Assembly (NCBI GenBank): GCA_964016885.1
Contig: OZ024741.1
Location: 15,562,001-15,626,000, forward strand
From: Eledone cirrhosa
Taxonomy: Eukaryota
Direction: 5' to 3'
DNA: 64,000 nucleotides
The position numbers were made by a program, and so were the translations under genes. The notes under the pieces are model-generated. The model worked only from the letters and a program-made list of their open reading frames with translations. It searched no databases and was not told where the DNA came from. Shown here one piece after another: positions 34,563 through 47,439 of this stretch; the first letter of the stretch is position 1; each line of letters opens with the position of its first letter.

Positions 34563-36491
34563 CTACAGGATGGTATACAGAGAAGGCCCATTTATACGAG
34601 CCATTCTCGCCACTATCACCCACCTTTCATGAAACTGCCTGTGGCCAAGCACCTCTCTCTCCATTCTTATCCTTCTTCCGAAGTGATATCGGAAGAAGTA
34701 GACCAGACTATGGCCAGAGAGGAAGTTGCCTGACCTCAGACCTTTCAATCGTGTCCACCAAACAACCTCTTTCAACATGGCTATTACGCACAGAAAAACC
34801 GCCTTTGCTTCCTTTGTGAAGAGGGGAGGCGGTTTGATTGTCATCACGGACTCGGCGGTCAATTTAATCGGCGCCACCCGCGACAGCAGTCGTTCGGCGT
34901 AGCCCCACAGATCAGCCACGCCCGGACATTGCACCAATGCATGCGCAACGGTTTCTTCGTGACGCACGCATCTAGGGCAAATCTTTTTTGAGGGATCCCT
35001 GCCCGGGCGCCCGTGTCTGTAGAGCCTCTCTCGAACGGGTAGACCCCCCCGGTAGCACTGCCAGGCTAGTGACTTCTGGAAGTTGTCCATTGGTCCTGGG
35101 CCGAAAGTCCTACCGAACAGGCTGGCCAGTTCGTCTTCTTCCATGTCCAGCGACTCTCCAAGGGTGTCATCGCCCCTGCTAGCCACCAGCCCTCTATAGA
35201 ATGATGAGGTGGATTCTCCACCGATGGCCCGGCCCGCTTGCCAGAGAGCCCTGAGCGCCTGAGCACGCTCAGTGTGCCAGTCTCCCAGTTTTCCGGATCT
35301 TTGCTTGACCCAGGACTGTAGATCGGTGAGCGAGACGAGTCTCGGAAAGGCTCGTTTCACGAACGGAGCCCACACCGGTTGACCAGTGAGGAATACCTGT
35401 AGGTGCCGTAGCCTTAATGCGTGCCTACGCATCATCAACCACGGCATTCCCAGCCCTCCTTTCGAAGGTTGTTGGCAGCAGATGGATCTTCTCACCATAG
35501 GAGGGCGCTTCTTCCAAAGAAATTGGAAGAGCATGCGTTCCATGGTGGTGAGTGTTTCCTTAGGGCAAGGCACGACAGTCAGGCGGTAGTAAGTGACGGA
35601 CGCTATGTAAATGTTCGCCACCTCCGCCCGGCCTTTTAGGGACAGCTTACACTTGGCCCATTTCTGGGTTAGTGCAAACACCTTGTTCGTAACCTCGTTC
35701 CAGTTCTTTTCCACCTGGAGGTCCGGTCCAAACCAGACCCCAAGCAACTTTACCGTGCCCTCCGTCCAGTGTCCGACGACACCGTCAGGAGGCATCGGTC
35801 TGCCTCTCCACGTTCCGAGTTGCAGCCCGATGGATTTTTCCCGGTTCAGTTTCGCTCCTGACAACCTTTCGTACTCCTCCAGTAAGGTACCGATCGCCTC
35901 GATCTCCGAGTCGGTCGATACCATTACTGTTACGTCATCGGCGTAGGCCGACACCGCTTTGCTCAATCCTGGTTCCAGGGGGATACCCTGCAACAACTCC
36001 AACTTCCTCAGTAAAGGCTCGAGAGTCAATACGTACAGAAGGGAGGAGAGAGGGCACCCCTGTCGAATGGATCGTGTGATTTCGAACGGCTTCGAAAGGT
36101 AGCCGTTCACTTTGATCCTAGAACAGATGTGGTTGCTATGTAAGGCAGTTATCCAGCCTCTGAAAACAGGACCGAACCCAGCCGCCGCTAGCACCGCATC
36201 CAGGTAACCATGGTCGACCCTATCGAAGGCCTTAGACTGATCCAAGTTGATCAGGGCCCCACCGAAGCCGGGTTTGTTGCCAACCCTCTCTATGATGTAT
36301 CGCATGAGGTGGAGGTTATCGTGAATGGACCTGGATGGGATAGCACATGTCTGCGCATCTCCCACCAGGCCACCCACGACAAGCGCCAACCTCTTTGCTA
36401 ACACCTTGGCCAAAATCTTTAACTCTGTGTTTAGCAGGGTTATGGGCCGAAAATTATTTATACTATCCCCCTTGTTCTCGTCCTTCCTCAC
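34563..36491 (-). CDS. LINE ORF2 reverse transcriptase + zinc-binding C-terminus
   Basis: 642-aa ORF with complete RT motifs; in frame with 36540-37346 across a single TAG. Confidence 0.9.
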   Translation of the reverse strand: MRKDENKGDSINNFRPITLLNTELKILAKVLAKRLALVVGGLVGDAQTCAIPSRSIHDNLHLMRYIIERVGNKPGFGGALINLDQSKAFDRVDHGYLDAVLAAAGFGPVFRGWITALHSNHICSRIKVNGYLSKPFEITRSIRQGCPLSSLLYVLTLEPLLRKLELLQGIPLEPGLSKAVSAYADDVTVMVSTDSEIEAIGTLLEEYERLSGAKLNREKSIGLQLGTWRGRPMPPDGVVGHWTEGTVKLLGVWFGPDLQVEKNWNEVTNKVFALTQKWAKCKLSLKGRAEVANIYIASVTYYRLTVVPCPKETLTTMERMLFQFLWKKRPPMVRRSICCQQPSKGGLGMPWLMMRRHALRLRHLQVFLTGQPVWAPFVKRAFPRLVSLTDLQSWVKQRSGKLGDWHTERAQALRALWQAGRAIGGESTSSFYRGLVASRGDDTLGESLDMEEDELASLFGRTFGPGPMDNFQKSLAWQCYRGGLPVRERLYRHGRPGRDPSKKICPRCVRHEETVAHALVQCPGVADLWGYAERLLSRVAPIKLTAESVMTIKPPPLFTKEAKAVFLCVIAMLKEVVWWTRLKGLRSGNFLSGHSLVYFFRYHFGRRIRMEREVLGHRQFHERWVIVARMARINGPSLYTIL

Positions 36492-36539
36492 CAGCGTGAC
36501 TACGCCCTTGGCTACAGAACAAGGAATTCTCCCGTTCTG

Positions 36540-37346
36540 CTACCAATTGCAGTAGACCGCTTCGAGGAGTTCGGAGAAGAAGACCGGCATTGCTAAATAA
36601 AGTTCGTAAGGTATACCATCGAGACCTGGAGATTTGCGTCTGCTGCATTGGCTCAGCACATCTCCGATCTCATCAGCCGAGATTGGTCCCTCGCAGGACT
36701 CTGCCTCTTCGCTCGAGAGACGCGGCAGGCCGTCGAGGTATGGACCGAAATCCACGCCCCCGCCCGGACCCCCGCCTCCCCCGAACAATCGGGCAAAGTG
36801 CCTTTGAAAGGCCTCGCACATCTGCTTAGGCTCCCGGATCACCCGTCCATCTTCGTCTTGCAACGACCGGATGGTGGATCGATTTCCACTCTTAGCTTCT
36901 GTCACGCGGGCCCAGCCAACGGCTTTGGCCCCCTCATTACCTAGAGCACGTGTTTTACTTCGAATGACGCAGCCTTCGTGCTTTGCATCGAAAAACTGGT
37001 TCAAGGCCGTCCTCGATGCCAGCACTCTGGCCACATCTTCGCTCTTGATTGCCTCTTCTAATTTACCTGTTAATTCTTTCTCGTTTCTATTCCTATCGGC
37101 AGCTAACATCTTGCTATAACTTATTGATTCTGTTCTAATCTCTCTTTTAAGAGATGCCCACCATCGGTTGTTGACGATTGCACCCGTCAACCTCTCCTTA
37201 ACTAATCTGCTAATCCCGTTTCTGTAAGTCTCTTTTGCCGGTAAAGACAAATTAAGTTTCCAGTAACCGGGACCCTGTTTATGTGTTTTCTCGAGATTGA
37301 CTACGCAGGTCACTAATTTGTGGTCCGTGTAGCCAACCGTGCGCAT
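36540..37346 (-). pseudogene. LINE ORF2 N-terminal part (endonuclease end + tether)
   Basis: YTDHKLV..GPGYWKLN, W..LK..IR and KSPGLDGIP motifs; ends at a premature in-frame stop. Confidence 0.85.
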
Positions 37347-37389
37347 TTCTGGACAGCTTAATATGTCCCTAAGTGGATAGATAGATAGC

Positions 37390-37445
<56 letters not shown>

Positions 37446-37446
<1 letters not shown>

Positions 37447-39020
37447 TTCTTTATTTGCCACAAAGGCGCACAAGAAAAGGGGACAATACAAAGACACATG
37501 CCGGTGATTTTACATACAATCGTGTAAAAATATTGAAACAAACAATTACAACAATCGAAATCCCCAATAGGGAGGAGGCGCCACAAATGGGTTGTTTAAT
37601 ACCCCTTAGATAGAACAACCCTCAACTTCAGGAGCGTGTTGTGCAAGTGCTCCCTTCTTCCTTTTGCTCTCTTGTTTAACCTACAGGTTTATATACAGAG
37701 AAGGCCCAATCACTCGGGCCATTTTTGCCACATTCACCCACCTTTCAGTAAATTTACTGGGGTGCAGTGCCTCTCTCTCCACTCTGTTTCTCCTTCTAAA
37801 GTAGTACCTAAAGAAGGGAATGAGTTGTTGTCCGGAGAGAAAGACATCTGTCCTCAGTCCTCTCAACCTCGTCCACCATATAATCTCTTTCACCATAGCC
37901 ACTATACAGAGGAAAACCGCCTCTCTTTCGGTTTTGAAAGAGGTTGGCGGTTTGATCCTTACTATGGACTCGGCAGTCAACGGGATTTGTCCGATACGCG
38001 ACAGCAGTTGTCCTGCATAGTTCCACAGGCCGGTTACGCCCGGGCAGTGTACAATTGCGTGCAAGATGGTTTCAATTTCCTGCTCGCATCTTGGACACGT
38101 CCTCTTGGAAGGATCCCTGCGTCCGTGCCTGTAGATCTTGTCTCGAACTGGTAGAGCTCCTCGGTACGACTGCCAGGCCAGAGATCTCTGGAAGTTGTCC
38201 ATAGGTCCCGGGCGGAAAGTCCTACCAAACAGACTGGTGAGTTCGTCGTCTTCGACGCCCAGAGTCTCTCCGAGCACGTCGTCGCCCTTGTGACGTACTA
38301 ACCCTCTATAGAATGTCGAAGTGGAGTCTCCACTGATTGCCGTGCCCGCTTGACAGAGGACTGTGAGCGCCTGAGCGCATTCAATGTGCCAGGCGCCCAT
38401 CTTCTTCGGTCTCCGCTTGACCCAAGACTGCAGCTCCGTCAGCGAGGCAAGTTGCGGGAAGGCCTGTCTCACAAACGGTGCCCACACCGGTTGGTCGGTG
38501 AGGAATACCTGTAGATGCCGTAGCCTCAGCGGATGTTTGCGCATCATCAGCCACGGCATTCCCAGCGAATCTCCTCACCAGTGGAGCCTGCTTCTTCCAA
38601 AGGAACTGGAAGAGCTTGCGTTCCATCTTGGTGAGGTGTTCACAGGGACAAGGCACGACGGTCAAGCGGTAGTAGATGACGGACGCTATGAAAGTGTTAG
38701 CCACCTCCGCTGGACCTTTCAAGGATAGTTTGCACTCTGCCCACTTATGGGTGAGTGCAAATACCTTGGCCGTGACCTCGTTCCTGTTTTTCTCCACCTG
38801 GAGGTCCGGACCGAACCAGACCTCGATCAATTTCACCGGTCCGTCCGTCCAGCGTCCGACGACGCTGTCGGACGGCAACGGTTTGTTTCTCCACGTTCCG
38901 AGTTGCAAACCGACAGACTTGTCCGGGTTCAGTTTTGCTCCTGTGAGCCTTTCGTATTCTTTCAGTGAGTTGCCGATTGCCCCGATTTCCGAGGTTTCCA
39001 ACACCATTACTATCAAGTCG
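37446..39020 (-). mobile_element. Second, diverged 5'-truncated Tx1/L1-clade LINE
   Basis: ORFs 38381-39154 and 37681-38559 align to the C-terminal half of the first copy; a deletion/frameshift lies near 38565; the 3' end is AATAAAGAA(ATCT)n. Confidence 0.9.
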
Positions 39021-39032
39021 CATATATATATA

Positions 39033-39126
<94 letters not shown>

Positions 39127-39914
39127 TGAAAAATGGCGAGCTGTGTTGTTGCAAATATGATATATATAATAAAATGAAGAATTAGAAATAGAAGCCAGGA
39201 CTATCCATCATCAGTGGTCTACTAGCCATCATAGGTATTTCTTCGCATTACAAACCAGACACCTCAGGCTAGGGCAATACAATAACTAAATTAAGTTATT
39301 GGGATAAAAAGAATTGGGTGGAGAAAGAGAGACAGGTAAACAAACATGAATGGTGAGGCAACGTAAAGAGATGAAAAAATGAGAAAATCAAGTCAATGGT
39401 TCATTTTGAACATAAGAACTTGCGAATATTGACGAGAAGGCAAAGACACATCTTGGCCGTGCGGATGTGAGCGAGGAAAGAATCTCGTACGGTGTGGGGC
39501 GATGGAGGAAGTGATAGAGAGGGTGAGTAGCAGAGAGTGAGTGGGTGAAAGTGTGAGGAAGAGGCTAGCCGAGAGAAGGTGACTAGCAGAGGGGTGAGTG
39601 AAAGTAAGAGAGAGAAGGAGAGAGAAAGGGGAGAGAGAAAGAGGATAACAATAAGGGAAGAGAAAAAGACAGGTCACAGCGAAAGGGAAAGCATATATGA
39701 ATGAAAAATGGCGAATTGTGTTGTTGCAAATATGATATATATAACATATATACACATATATAGAGAGAGAGATATTGTATTATCTTATAGAGAGGAGGAA
39801 GATATTAAGAGAAAGTGTGTATGAGAGTGAAACAGGGGGATAGTCAGAGTGTAATGACAGAGAGAGAGGGAGGCGAGGTAAGAAAGAGGTGTAACACAAT
39901 GGTAGAGAGAGAGA

Positions 39915-39945
<31 letters not shown>

Positions 39946-40856
39946 TAAAAATGAGAGAAAGAAAGAGAGAGAGTGAGAGAGAGTAAAAGTGAGAGAAAGA
40001 AAGAGAGAGAGTGAGAGAGAGAGAGAAAGAGACTGAGAGAAAGAGAGAGAGAGAAAGTGAGAGAGAGAGAAAGAGAGAGACAGAAACAGAGACAGAGACA
40101 GAGGAAGACAGTGAGAGACAGAGTGAGAGTGGGAGAGAGAGAGAGAGGGAGAGAGAGAGAGAAATATATATATATAGAGAGAGAGAGTGTGAGGGAGAGA
40201 GAGACAGAGACAGAGAGAAAGCGAGAGAGAAAGAGAGAGGGGGGAGGTGACCATGTGAAAATGAAGAATTTGCCAAAAGCGCAATGGAGAAGAAAAAGTC
40301 ATAGATACAGAACAGATATATATGGAATTATAATGGAATATATATATATGTGTGTGTGTATACATATATATATATATAGGGGTGTGTGTGTGTGTGTATA
40401 TATACATATGTATATATATATATGCGTGTGTGTATATATACACATATGTATATATATATATGTGTGTGTATATATATACATATGTATATATATATATATG
40501 TGTGTGTGTGTATACATATGTATATATATTTAGGTGTGTGTGTGTATATATATATACATATGTATATATATATGCATGTGTGTGTGTGTGTGTATATACA
40601 TATGTATTTATTTGTGTGTGTATGTGTATATACATATATATATATATATGTGTGTGTGTATACATATATATATATAGGTGTGTGTATGAGTGTATGTATA
40701 TGCACATAAACATATATATATGTATATATGTATGTGTGTGTCCATATACATATATACATATATATATATATAGGTATATGTGTATGAGTAATGTATATGT
40801 ACACATATTTATATTTGCATATATGAATACATATGCAGATGTGTATATATATATAC

Positions 40857-40918
<62 letters not shown>

Positions 40919-41508
40919 ATGTGTGTGAGTATATATATAGATATACATATGTGTGTGTGTGTATATATACACACCTATAGCACAAACACATACACGTGTA
41001 CATTTGTAGCAAACACACACAACCAAATGGTGAATGGAAATAATAAAGGGAGGTAATCGAATGAAAAGTTTACGGTGTAATCATCTAATCGTGTCAAGTG
41101 AATGTGTAATTGAAATTAACAACCCTTGACCTTTCTTGTAAAAACCTATAGCTTGGAACAATGTAGAAGGTGGTGGTAGTGAGTGGTGGTTGTAGGTGTA
41201 TTGTGAGAGGTGGTGGTGGTGAGTGGTGGTTGGAGGAGGCGATAGTGATGATGCTGGTCCAAGTGACATTTTATCCAATAAAATATTGTTGCAAAATATT
41301 CCGGATATATATATATATATGAAAAAGTATTACCCCGACGGCAGAGCTCAAGCCGTTTCGACGGCTATTTCTGGACAGAAATAGCCGTCGAAACGGCTTG
41401 AGCTCTGCCGTCGGGGTCATACTTTTTCCTATTACCCACTCTACTACCCTAAGTATTGAGTACTTTGGTGCGTTATGGTCCATCTGGTTCCTTACCACAA
41501 TTCCTTCG

Positions 41509-41583
<75 letters not shown>

Positions 41584-41651
41584 CCAAAAAAACGAGTCAA
41601 GCTAAACGGGTAAGACAAAATAAATGACATATTCACCCGAACCCCAGGAAT

Positions 41652-41705
<54 letters not shown>

Positions 41706-41735
41706 ATAATTATGGGACGAATCTTATCAGACACG

Positions 41736-41785
<50 letters not shown>

Positions 41786-41939
41786 ACATTGATCATAGAT
41801 GCAACCAATTATTCATCCATATATATATGTATATTTATATACACATATACACGCATTCATAAATATTCCCAAACAAAGACAAAAACACACACTAACACAC
41901 ACATATATATAAATAAATAAATATATAAATATATTTATT

Positions 41940-42103
41940 TATTTCCCACCATACCATAAAAAGGTTGGCAACGTCACCAGTTAAGCTGACGACAATGGCT
42001 GTTATTAATTCTGGCAATATTATTACAACTATATGACCCTCCCCAAGTATAACAATATTTGTTTCGACACACGATTTCATATCAAAAACCTCGCAAAACA
42101 AAT
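41940..42103 (-). mobile_element. Neptune PLE fragment (inverted tail joined to RT motif GDVANLFMVWW)
   Basis: Same junction as 50210-50370. Confidence 0.75.
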
Positions 42104-42240
42104 ATATATCTATATATATATATCTATATATATATATATTAAAATAACAGATTAAAGTTTAAGCAAAGAATCGGTGCTTTCACCCTTAACGGGATCTTCT
42201 GAAACTAAAAAAATCAATCTGTGAACGCATGTATATATAT

Positions 42241-42803
42241 AGTACAACCTGTCTCATGGTCGGGTCGTTGGCGACTAAACTGACAACCCCACCAAGGTTT
42301 CTTGGCGAGGAGGGTGACTTTGGACATCCTGCAGGACTAAAAACAAAACCTGTCAAAGAGCAAAGGAGCTCTTAAGAGTCAATGGCCATCCAAAATCACC
42401 GGGAGAGATGACTCCTTAGCCTTTGTCAAGGCAGAATTCTAGAATGAAAACTCTGATATAACACCTGCAACCCTGATGGTATCCAATGATGTTGACTTGT
42501 TCTTCTTTTTGGTAAATATCATCTTCGTTAAAAGAGTGGGACTGGCTTTGTGCAGTGCCTTTGCTCACTATAAAAGCTTCACGGCACAGGCATTCTTTAT
42601 ATCTGGAGATCTCTCTGCACTTGTCGTCACATGGTACCATGGGCCCAGCACTATGTGTCAATAATTGTCACAAGTGTAGTGTTTGTACCACAGTGTTCAA
42701 GTCGCTGGCTGGACTAAAAACTCACAATCGTTCAGCGTATCGGTAGGGGTTCTCCTACATGGATATAAAGTAGTGGCCATACTCGAAAACGAGTTGGCAG
42801 CCA

Positions 42804-42807
<4 letters not shown>
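42241..42807 (+). mobile_element. Family A copy nested between inverted pLTR-like repeats (42135-42235 and 42898-42995)
   Basis: Homology to family A; the flanks are inverted copies of a repeat also seen at 445-530. Confidence 0.78.
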
Positions 42808-42874
<67 letters not shown>

Positions 42875-43003
42875 TAGATATATATAGAGATATATATATA
42901 CATGCGTTCACAGATTGATTTTTTTAGTTTCAGAAGATTCCGTTAAGGGTGAAAGCAGCGATACTTTGCTTAAACTTTAATCTGTTATTTTAATATATAT
43001 ATA

Positions 43004-43107
<104 letters not shown>

Positions 43108-44087
43108 CGCGTGTGTGTGTGTGTCTGTGTGTGTCTGTGTGTGTGTGTGTGTGCGTGTGTGTGTGTGTGTGTGTATTAAAACAATGAAATAAAAAATCAA
43201 GTCATTAGAGATATACTTCACTGCTTTACGATCGTTTTTAGATGGTGATAATACATTGTATTATCAGTTATTGATCTATGTAAGTTTACAAACTATCAGA
43301 TAGAGAGAATATTTACCTACATGCATATCACCACCTGTTTTCAAAAGCAATAATAATTTTATTCAGAATTAGTAGTATGTTACTATTATGTCGTTATTTG
43401 CAGGTAGTTGAAGAACTAACGAATCAAATTGTTTTTTTCATATGGTGTTAAGATGAAAAGTAATACACTTTAGTTGAGGTCATGACCCTTTGAAAGGAAT
43501 GGTTAAAAGGTGTTAGTAGAAATGGCATAAAAATCTATTAGGAAGGAAGGGGATTGTCAAACTGATAGTTGAATGTATCTTGTATAGTGAATTTAAAAGG
43601 AATGTCAAAATAAATGGTGATTAGTGTTGTATTGAGTTTTAAGGTGAATATAAATTAATATTATGGCTAGGAAAGATAGTATATTAAAAGATGAAAATTA
43701 TAAGATAATGTGATATAGTAATGCGATTATATACAACTTAACCAACAGAATATAGTACGGTGTGGTAAATTGCACTCAGTATAATATAACATATTATACG
43801 CTCTAAAATATTACTAAGTATGTTTATGCATAAATAATCAAACTCAGATAAGTGCATGTTGGCATAGTTAAAACACATATATTTCATAGTCTACAAAGTG
43901 CATATATTCACACCACATATAGAGAGAGGTACAGTTATATTGATATCTAACCAAAATATACATACGTGCAAATAGATGCAAACCTAAATACACATCCACA
44001 CGCATGCATATAATCATATATATACATATCCATAAATATTTATATCCACACATACACATCTATACCCCCATATATACATATACATAT

Positions 44088-44146
<59 letters not shown>

Positions 44147-44199
44147 CACACATACATACATATATATATGTACATACATATAGACACACACATACATAC

Positions 44200-44731
44200 A
44201 TGGTGGCTGCCAACTCGTTTTCGAGTACGGCCACTACTTTATATCCATGTAGGAGAACCCCTACCGATGCGCTGAACGCTGTGACGTTTTAGTCCAGCCA
44301 GCGACTTGAAAACTCTGGTACAAACACTACACTTGTGACAATTATTGACACATAGTGCTGGGCCCATGGTACCATGTGACGACAAGTGCAGAGAGATCTC
44401 CAGATATAAAGCAATGCCTGTGCCGTGAAGCTTTTATAGTGAGCAAAGGCACTGCACAAAGCCAGTCCCACTCTCTTAACCAAGATGATATTTACCAAAA
44501 AGAAGAACAAGACAACATCATTGGATACCATCAGGGTTGCAGGTGTTATATCAGAGTTTTCCTTCTCCTAGAATTCTGCCTTGACAAAGGCTAAGGAGTC
44601 ATCTCTCCCTAGCTACATATTCTATCACCAAGTAAACTTGGTGGGGTTGCCGGTTTAGTCGCCTTCGACCCGACCATGCGACAGGTTGTACTGGGTTACA
44701 TGTTACCAGTAGCACTCAAGAGTGACCCGAC
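44200..44731 (-). mobile_element. Family A body joined to a family B head (chimera)
   Basis: 44200-44609 is family A; 44625-44731 carries B-diagnostic AAGTAAACTT and CACTCAAGAGTGACCCGAC. Confidence 0.72.
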
Positions 44732-45015
44732 ATATATACATACATATATACATACATATATACACATATATACATATATATATATACACATATATATATA
44801 CACATATATATATATATACATATATATATACATATACACACAGACATATATATATATATATACATATACAACACACAGACACACACATACACACATATAT
44901 ATATATACACACACACCTGTGTGAGCATATGTACACTCCTCTTACATGTGCACATACTCATATATAAACATTTATACACCTATACTCACATATACACACA
45001 CACAGACACATATAT

Positions 45016-45077
<62 letters not shown>

Positions 45078-45239
45078 TGTTATACTTTGGGAGGGTCATG
45101 TTGCCAATAAGAAACACATGCACCAGTTGCTTTCACTTCAATTTATTATATATTTATAAATTTATAAATTTACAAATCTACAAACTTATAAATTTCTGGT
45201 TGGTTGGTTGGTTCCACAACCAGATAGTTGTTTATATAT

Positions 45240-45284
45240 AGTCATAGTCCTTTCGTCACACACTCTGTGACCTCTTCAGTGACT
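45240..45284 (-). ncRNA. Hammerhead-like motif, inverted copy
   Basis: Reverse complement of 49317-49361. Confidence 0.7.
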
Positions 45285-45585
45285 GGGGATTCCTTTCTTT
45301 GTTTCTGTGCCTTTCCTTTCTTCTATCCTACGCCATTTTGTTTCTGTGTGTGTGTTGTGTGCTCAGTTTGCGCATGCGCCACATCCGGGTGTCTGTGTGT
45401 GTTTGTGTTCATTTATCTATTTGTTTATTTATTTATTTATTTATTGTTGGTTGGTTGTTTGTTCTATGTGTGTGTGTGTTTTCAGTTTGTCCTGTGTGTG
45501 TTTTCATTTTGTCCTTAATTGTAAGTTGTTTGTTCTATGTGTGTGTGTGTTTTCATTTTGTCCTGTGTGTGTTTTCATTTTGTCC

Positions 45586-47439
45586 TTAATTGTAAGTTGT
45601 GATGTTACAGTTCCACTCATATTTTCTATTTAATTTTGGTTGTAATTCTTTTATGCTTACTGCCTCTGTAATTTGCCTAAACATTTCATCTTTTCTGTGT
45701 GTGGATTCTATTTTTATTTCAATGTTCTCTAATCTACCCCTGTATTCTATCTTAGCATGTTGGTAGAGCACAGATGATTCTTTATTATCTTGAAGGTCTC
45801 GCCAGTGTTCATTTATTCGTTCCCCTATACTACGAGCTGTCTCACCTATGTACACTATATTTTTGTTTCTACATTGTCCTTCAGTACATCTGATGCTATA
45901 CACTACATTTCTAGTTTTACAGTTAATATGGGGGCTTATTTTACAGGTTATACATTTCTTATCTATACATGAGGGTCTTTGGAACGGGTATGTCTTGCTA
46001 ATAAGTGTTTTTACGGAGGTACCTGGTCTTTCTACTATCTTAATATTGAGTTTATGTTTATTTAGGGCCCTTCTAAATGTGTAGGCTAGTTCGCCTCTAG
46101 GGGTTGTATTGATGAACATTACACTCTGGTATTTATTGCTATCATACCATGAGTTTATTCTATTGGCCTTGTTCCTAGTTCTTTCTATTCTATTCCAAAA
46201 TTTGCTCCTATACAAGGGGCAGGTCCCATTTATGTCATTATTTACCATTTTTTCCCATTTGGTTCTGGCTCCTTTATACACTCTGATTCTATCTCTCTGA
46301 TTGTAGCCAGAGAACTGCATACGGTGGATGAAGTGTTGTATGTGTCTCTCTAGTTCTTCGGGGTTGCACATGCGGGACACATTTCTCATCACCCGTACCA
46401 AATCCGCAATCAGTATGTTGATTTTGGTATGGTCCGAAATGGCCGAGTTTCGGTGGATCAGATGTTTGGAAGTCATGGGTTTGGCATAATGGGAATGGAG
46501 GATTTGTTTTTGGTTGTTAATGGTATCTAACCAGAGCTCTGTGTCTAGTACAGGTAATCGATGGTTGGGGTGTCTACTTGGGTAGTCTATAGTAACTCTA
46601 ATGCTCTGGTGGATGGAGTTTGCTATTTGCTGGATGCTTTCCATTGTGTTTTTCTCTAGTTCCTGACTGTTCTTTAGTGGGGGTGTCTTAACTACGATGT
46701 TTATATCATCTACGTAGCGGGAGTACATTATCAGGGTTAAGCTGTCTTCTAATTGTTCTTTAAGTTTTTGTTTAAGTCTACAGTCCCACCATACCATGAA
46801 TAAGTTAGCTATGTCGCCTGCAATGCTAACACCAATGGCTGCTCCTTCCTCTTGGGCATATGTTTTACCATTAAATTTGAACATATGTTCCTTAAGGGTT
46901 AATTTTATGCTGGCCCCTACCGCGTGTGCAATCATTTTCTTCAGTTCATCGTGGTTTTCGGGTGTCCGTATGGCTCTGGTCCACCCGTTCCATCTATCTG
47001 TGTGGGTTTTCTTGGCCATTGAGGTAATGGTAGGTGTTCTGCCTCTTGCTGGTCTTGTAGGGCACAGGTTGCTAAGGTCATAAGTGTCTAGGTAACTATT
47101 ACTATGGGTAAGCTTAAGTAGGAGTCCCAGCTCACTGGTATCAATCCCACGGAACTCAACCTTGCTCTCGCTGATCATTTCTACGCATTTCTCCACAGCA
47201 AAATCCACGTCAATAGATGGATACAGGGACACAACATCCATACTGCCTATTATGCAGTTTGTTAGGTCCCCATATCGGTTACCCGCGCCGATTCTGCTGA
47301 GGAGGTCCTCCGTGCTGTCACATACATCTGGGGACCTAACAAACTGCATAATAGGCAGTATGGATGTTGTGTCCCTGTATCCATCTATTGACGTGGATTT
47401 TGCTGTGGAGAAATGCGTAGAAATGATCAGCGAGAGCAA
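45586..47439 (-). CDS. Penelope-like (Neptune-type) retrotransposon RT + GIY-YIG endonuclease, 5'-truncated (left arm of palindrome)
   Basis: PLE RT motifs GSMDVVSLYPSID, QEEGAAIGVSIAGDIANLFM, YSRYVDD, LPVLD and HYAKPM; Cys-rich linker CIDKKCITC..C; VVYSIRC...YIGETARS..ER..EH GIY-YIG. The first ~36 aa of the ORF call come from the antisense of the other arm; real homology starts near 47330 (DSTEDLLSRI). Confidence 0.93.
   Translation of the reverse strand: MLSLIISTHFSTAKSTSIDGYRDTTSILPIMQFVRSPDVCDSTEDLLSRIGAGNRYGDLTNCIIGSMDVVSLYPSIDVDFAVEKCVEMISESKVEFRGIDTSELGLLLKLTHSNSYLDTYDLSNLCPTRPARGRTPTITSMAKKTHTDRWNGWTRAIRTPENHDELKKMIAHAVGASIKLTLKEHMFKFNGKTYAQEEGAAIGVSIAGDIANLFMVWWDCRLKQKLKEQLEDSLTLIMYSRYVDDINIVVKTPPLKNSQELEKNTMESIQQIANSIHQSIRVTIDYPSRHPNHRLPVLDTELWLDTINNQKQILHSHYAKPMTSKHLIHRNSAISDHTKINILIADLVRVMRNVSRMCNPEELERHIQHFIHRMQFSGYNQRDRIRVYKGARTKWEKMVNNDINGTCPLYRSKFWNRIERTRNKANRINSWYDSNKYQSVMFINTTPRGELAYTFRRALNKHKLNIKIVERPGTSVKTLISKTYPFQRPSCIDKKCITCKISPHINCKTRNVVYSIRCTEGQCRNKNIVYIGETARSIGERINEHWRDLQDNKESSVLYQHAKIEYRGRLENIEIKIESTHRKDEMFRQITEAVSIKELQPKLNRKYEWNCNITTYN

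Larger units (their letters stand above)
34351..37374 (-). mobile_element. 5'-truncated Tx1/L1-clade LINE inserted in (GATA)n
   Basis: End of APE domain (YTDH), KSPGLDG, FRPITLLN, LDQSKAFDRV, IRQGCPLS, AYADD and C-terminal CPRC..H..C; AATAAA immediately before (TATC)n; (GATA)n on both sides. Confidence 0.93.

Noticed and set aside
47162-47439. Shared N-terminus MLSLIISTHFSTAK... of the two 617-aa ORFs
   Set aside because: It is the antisense of the RT motif region of the opposite arm, a palindrome artefact. The elements are 5'-truncated.
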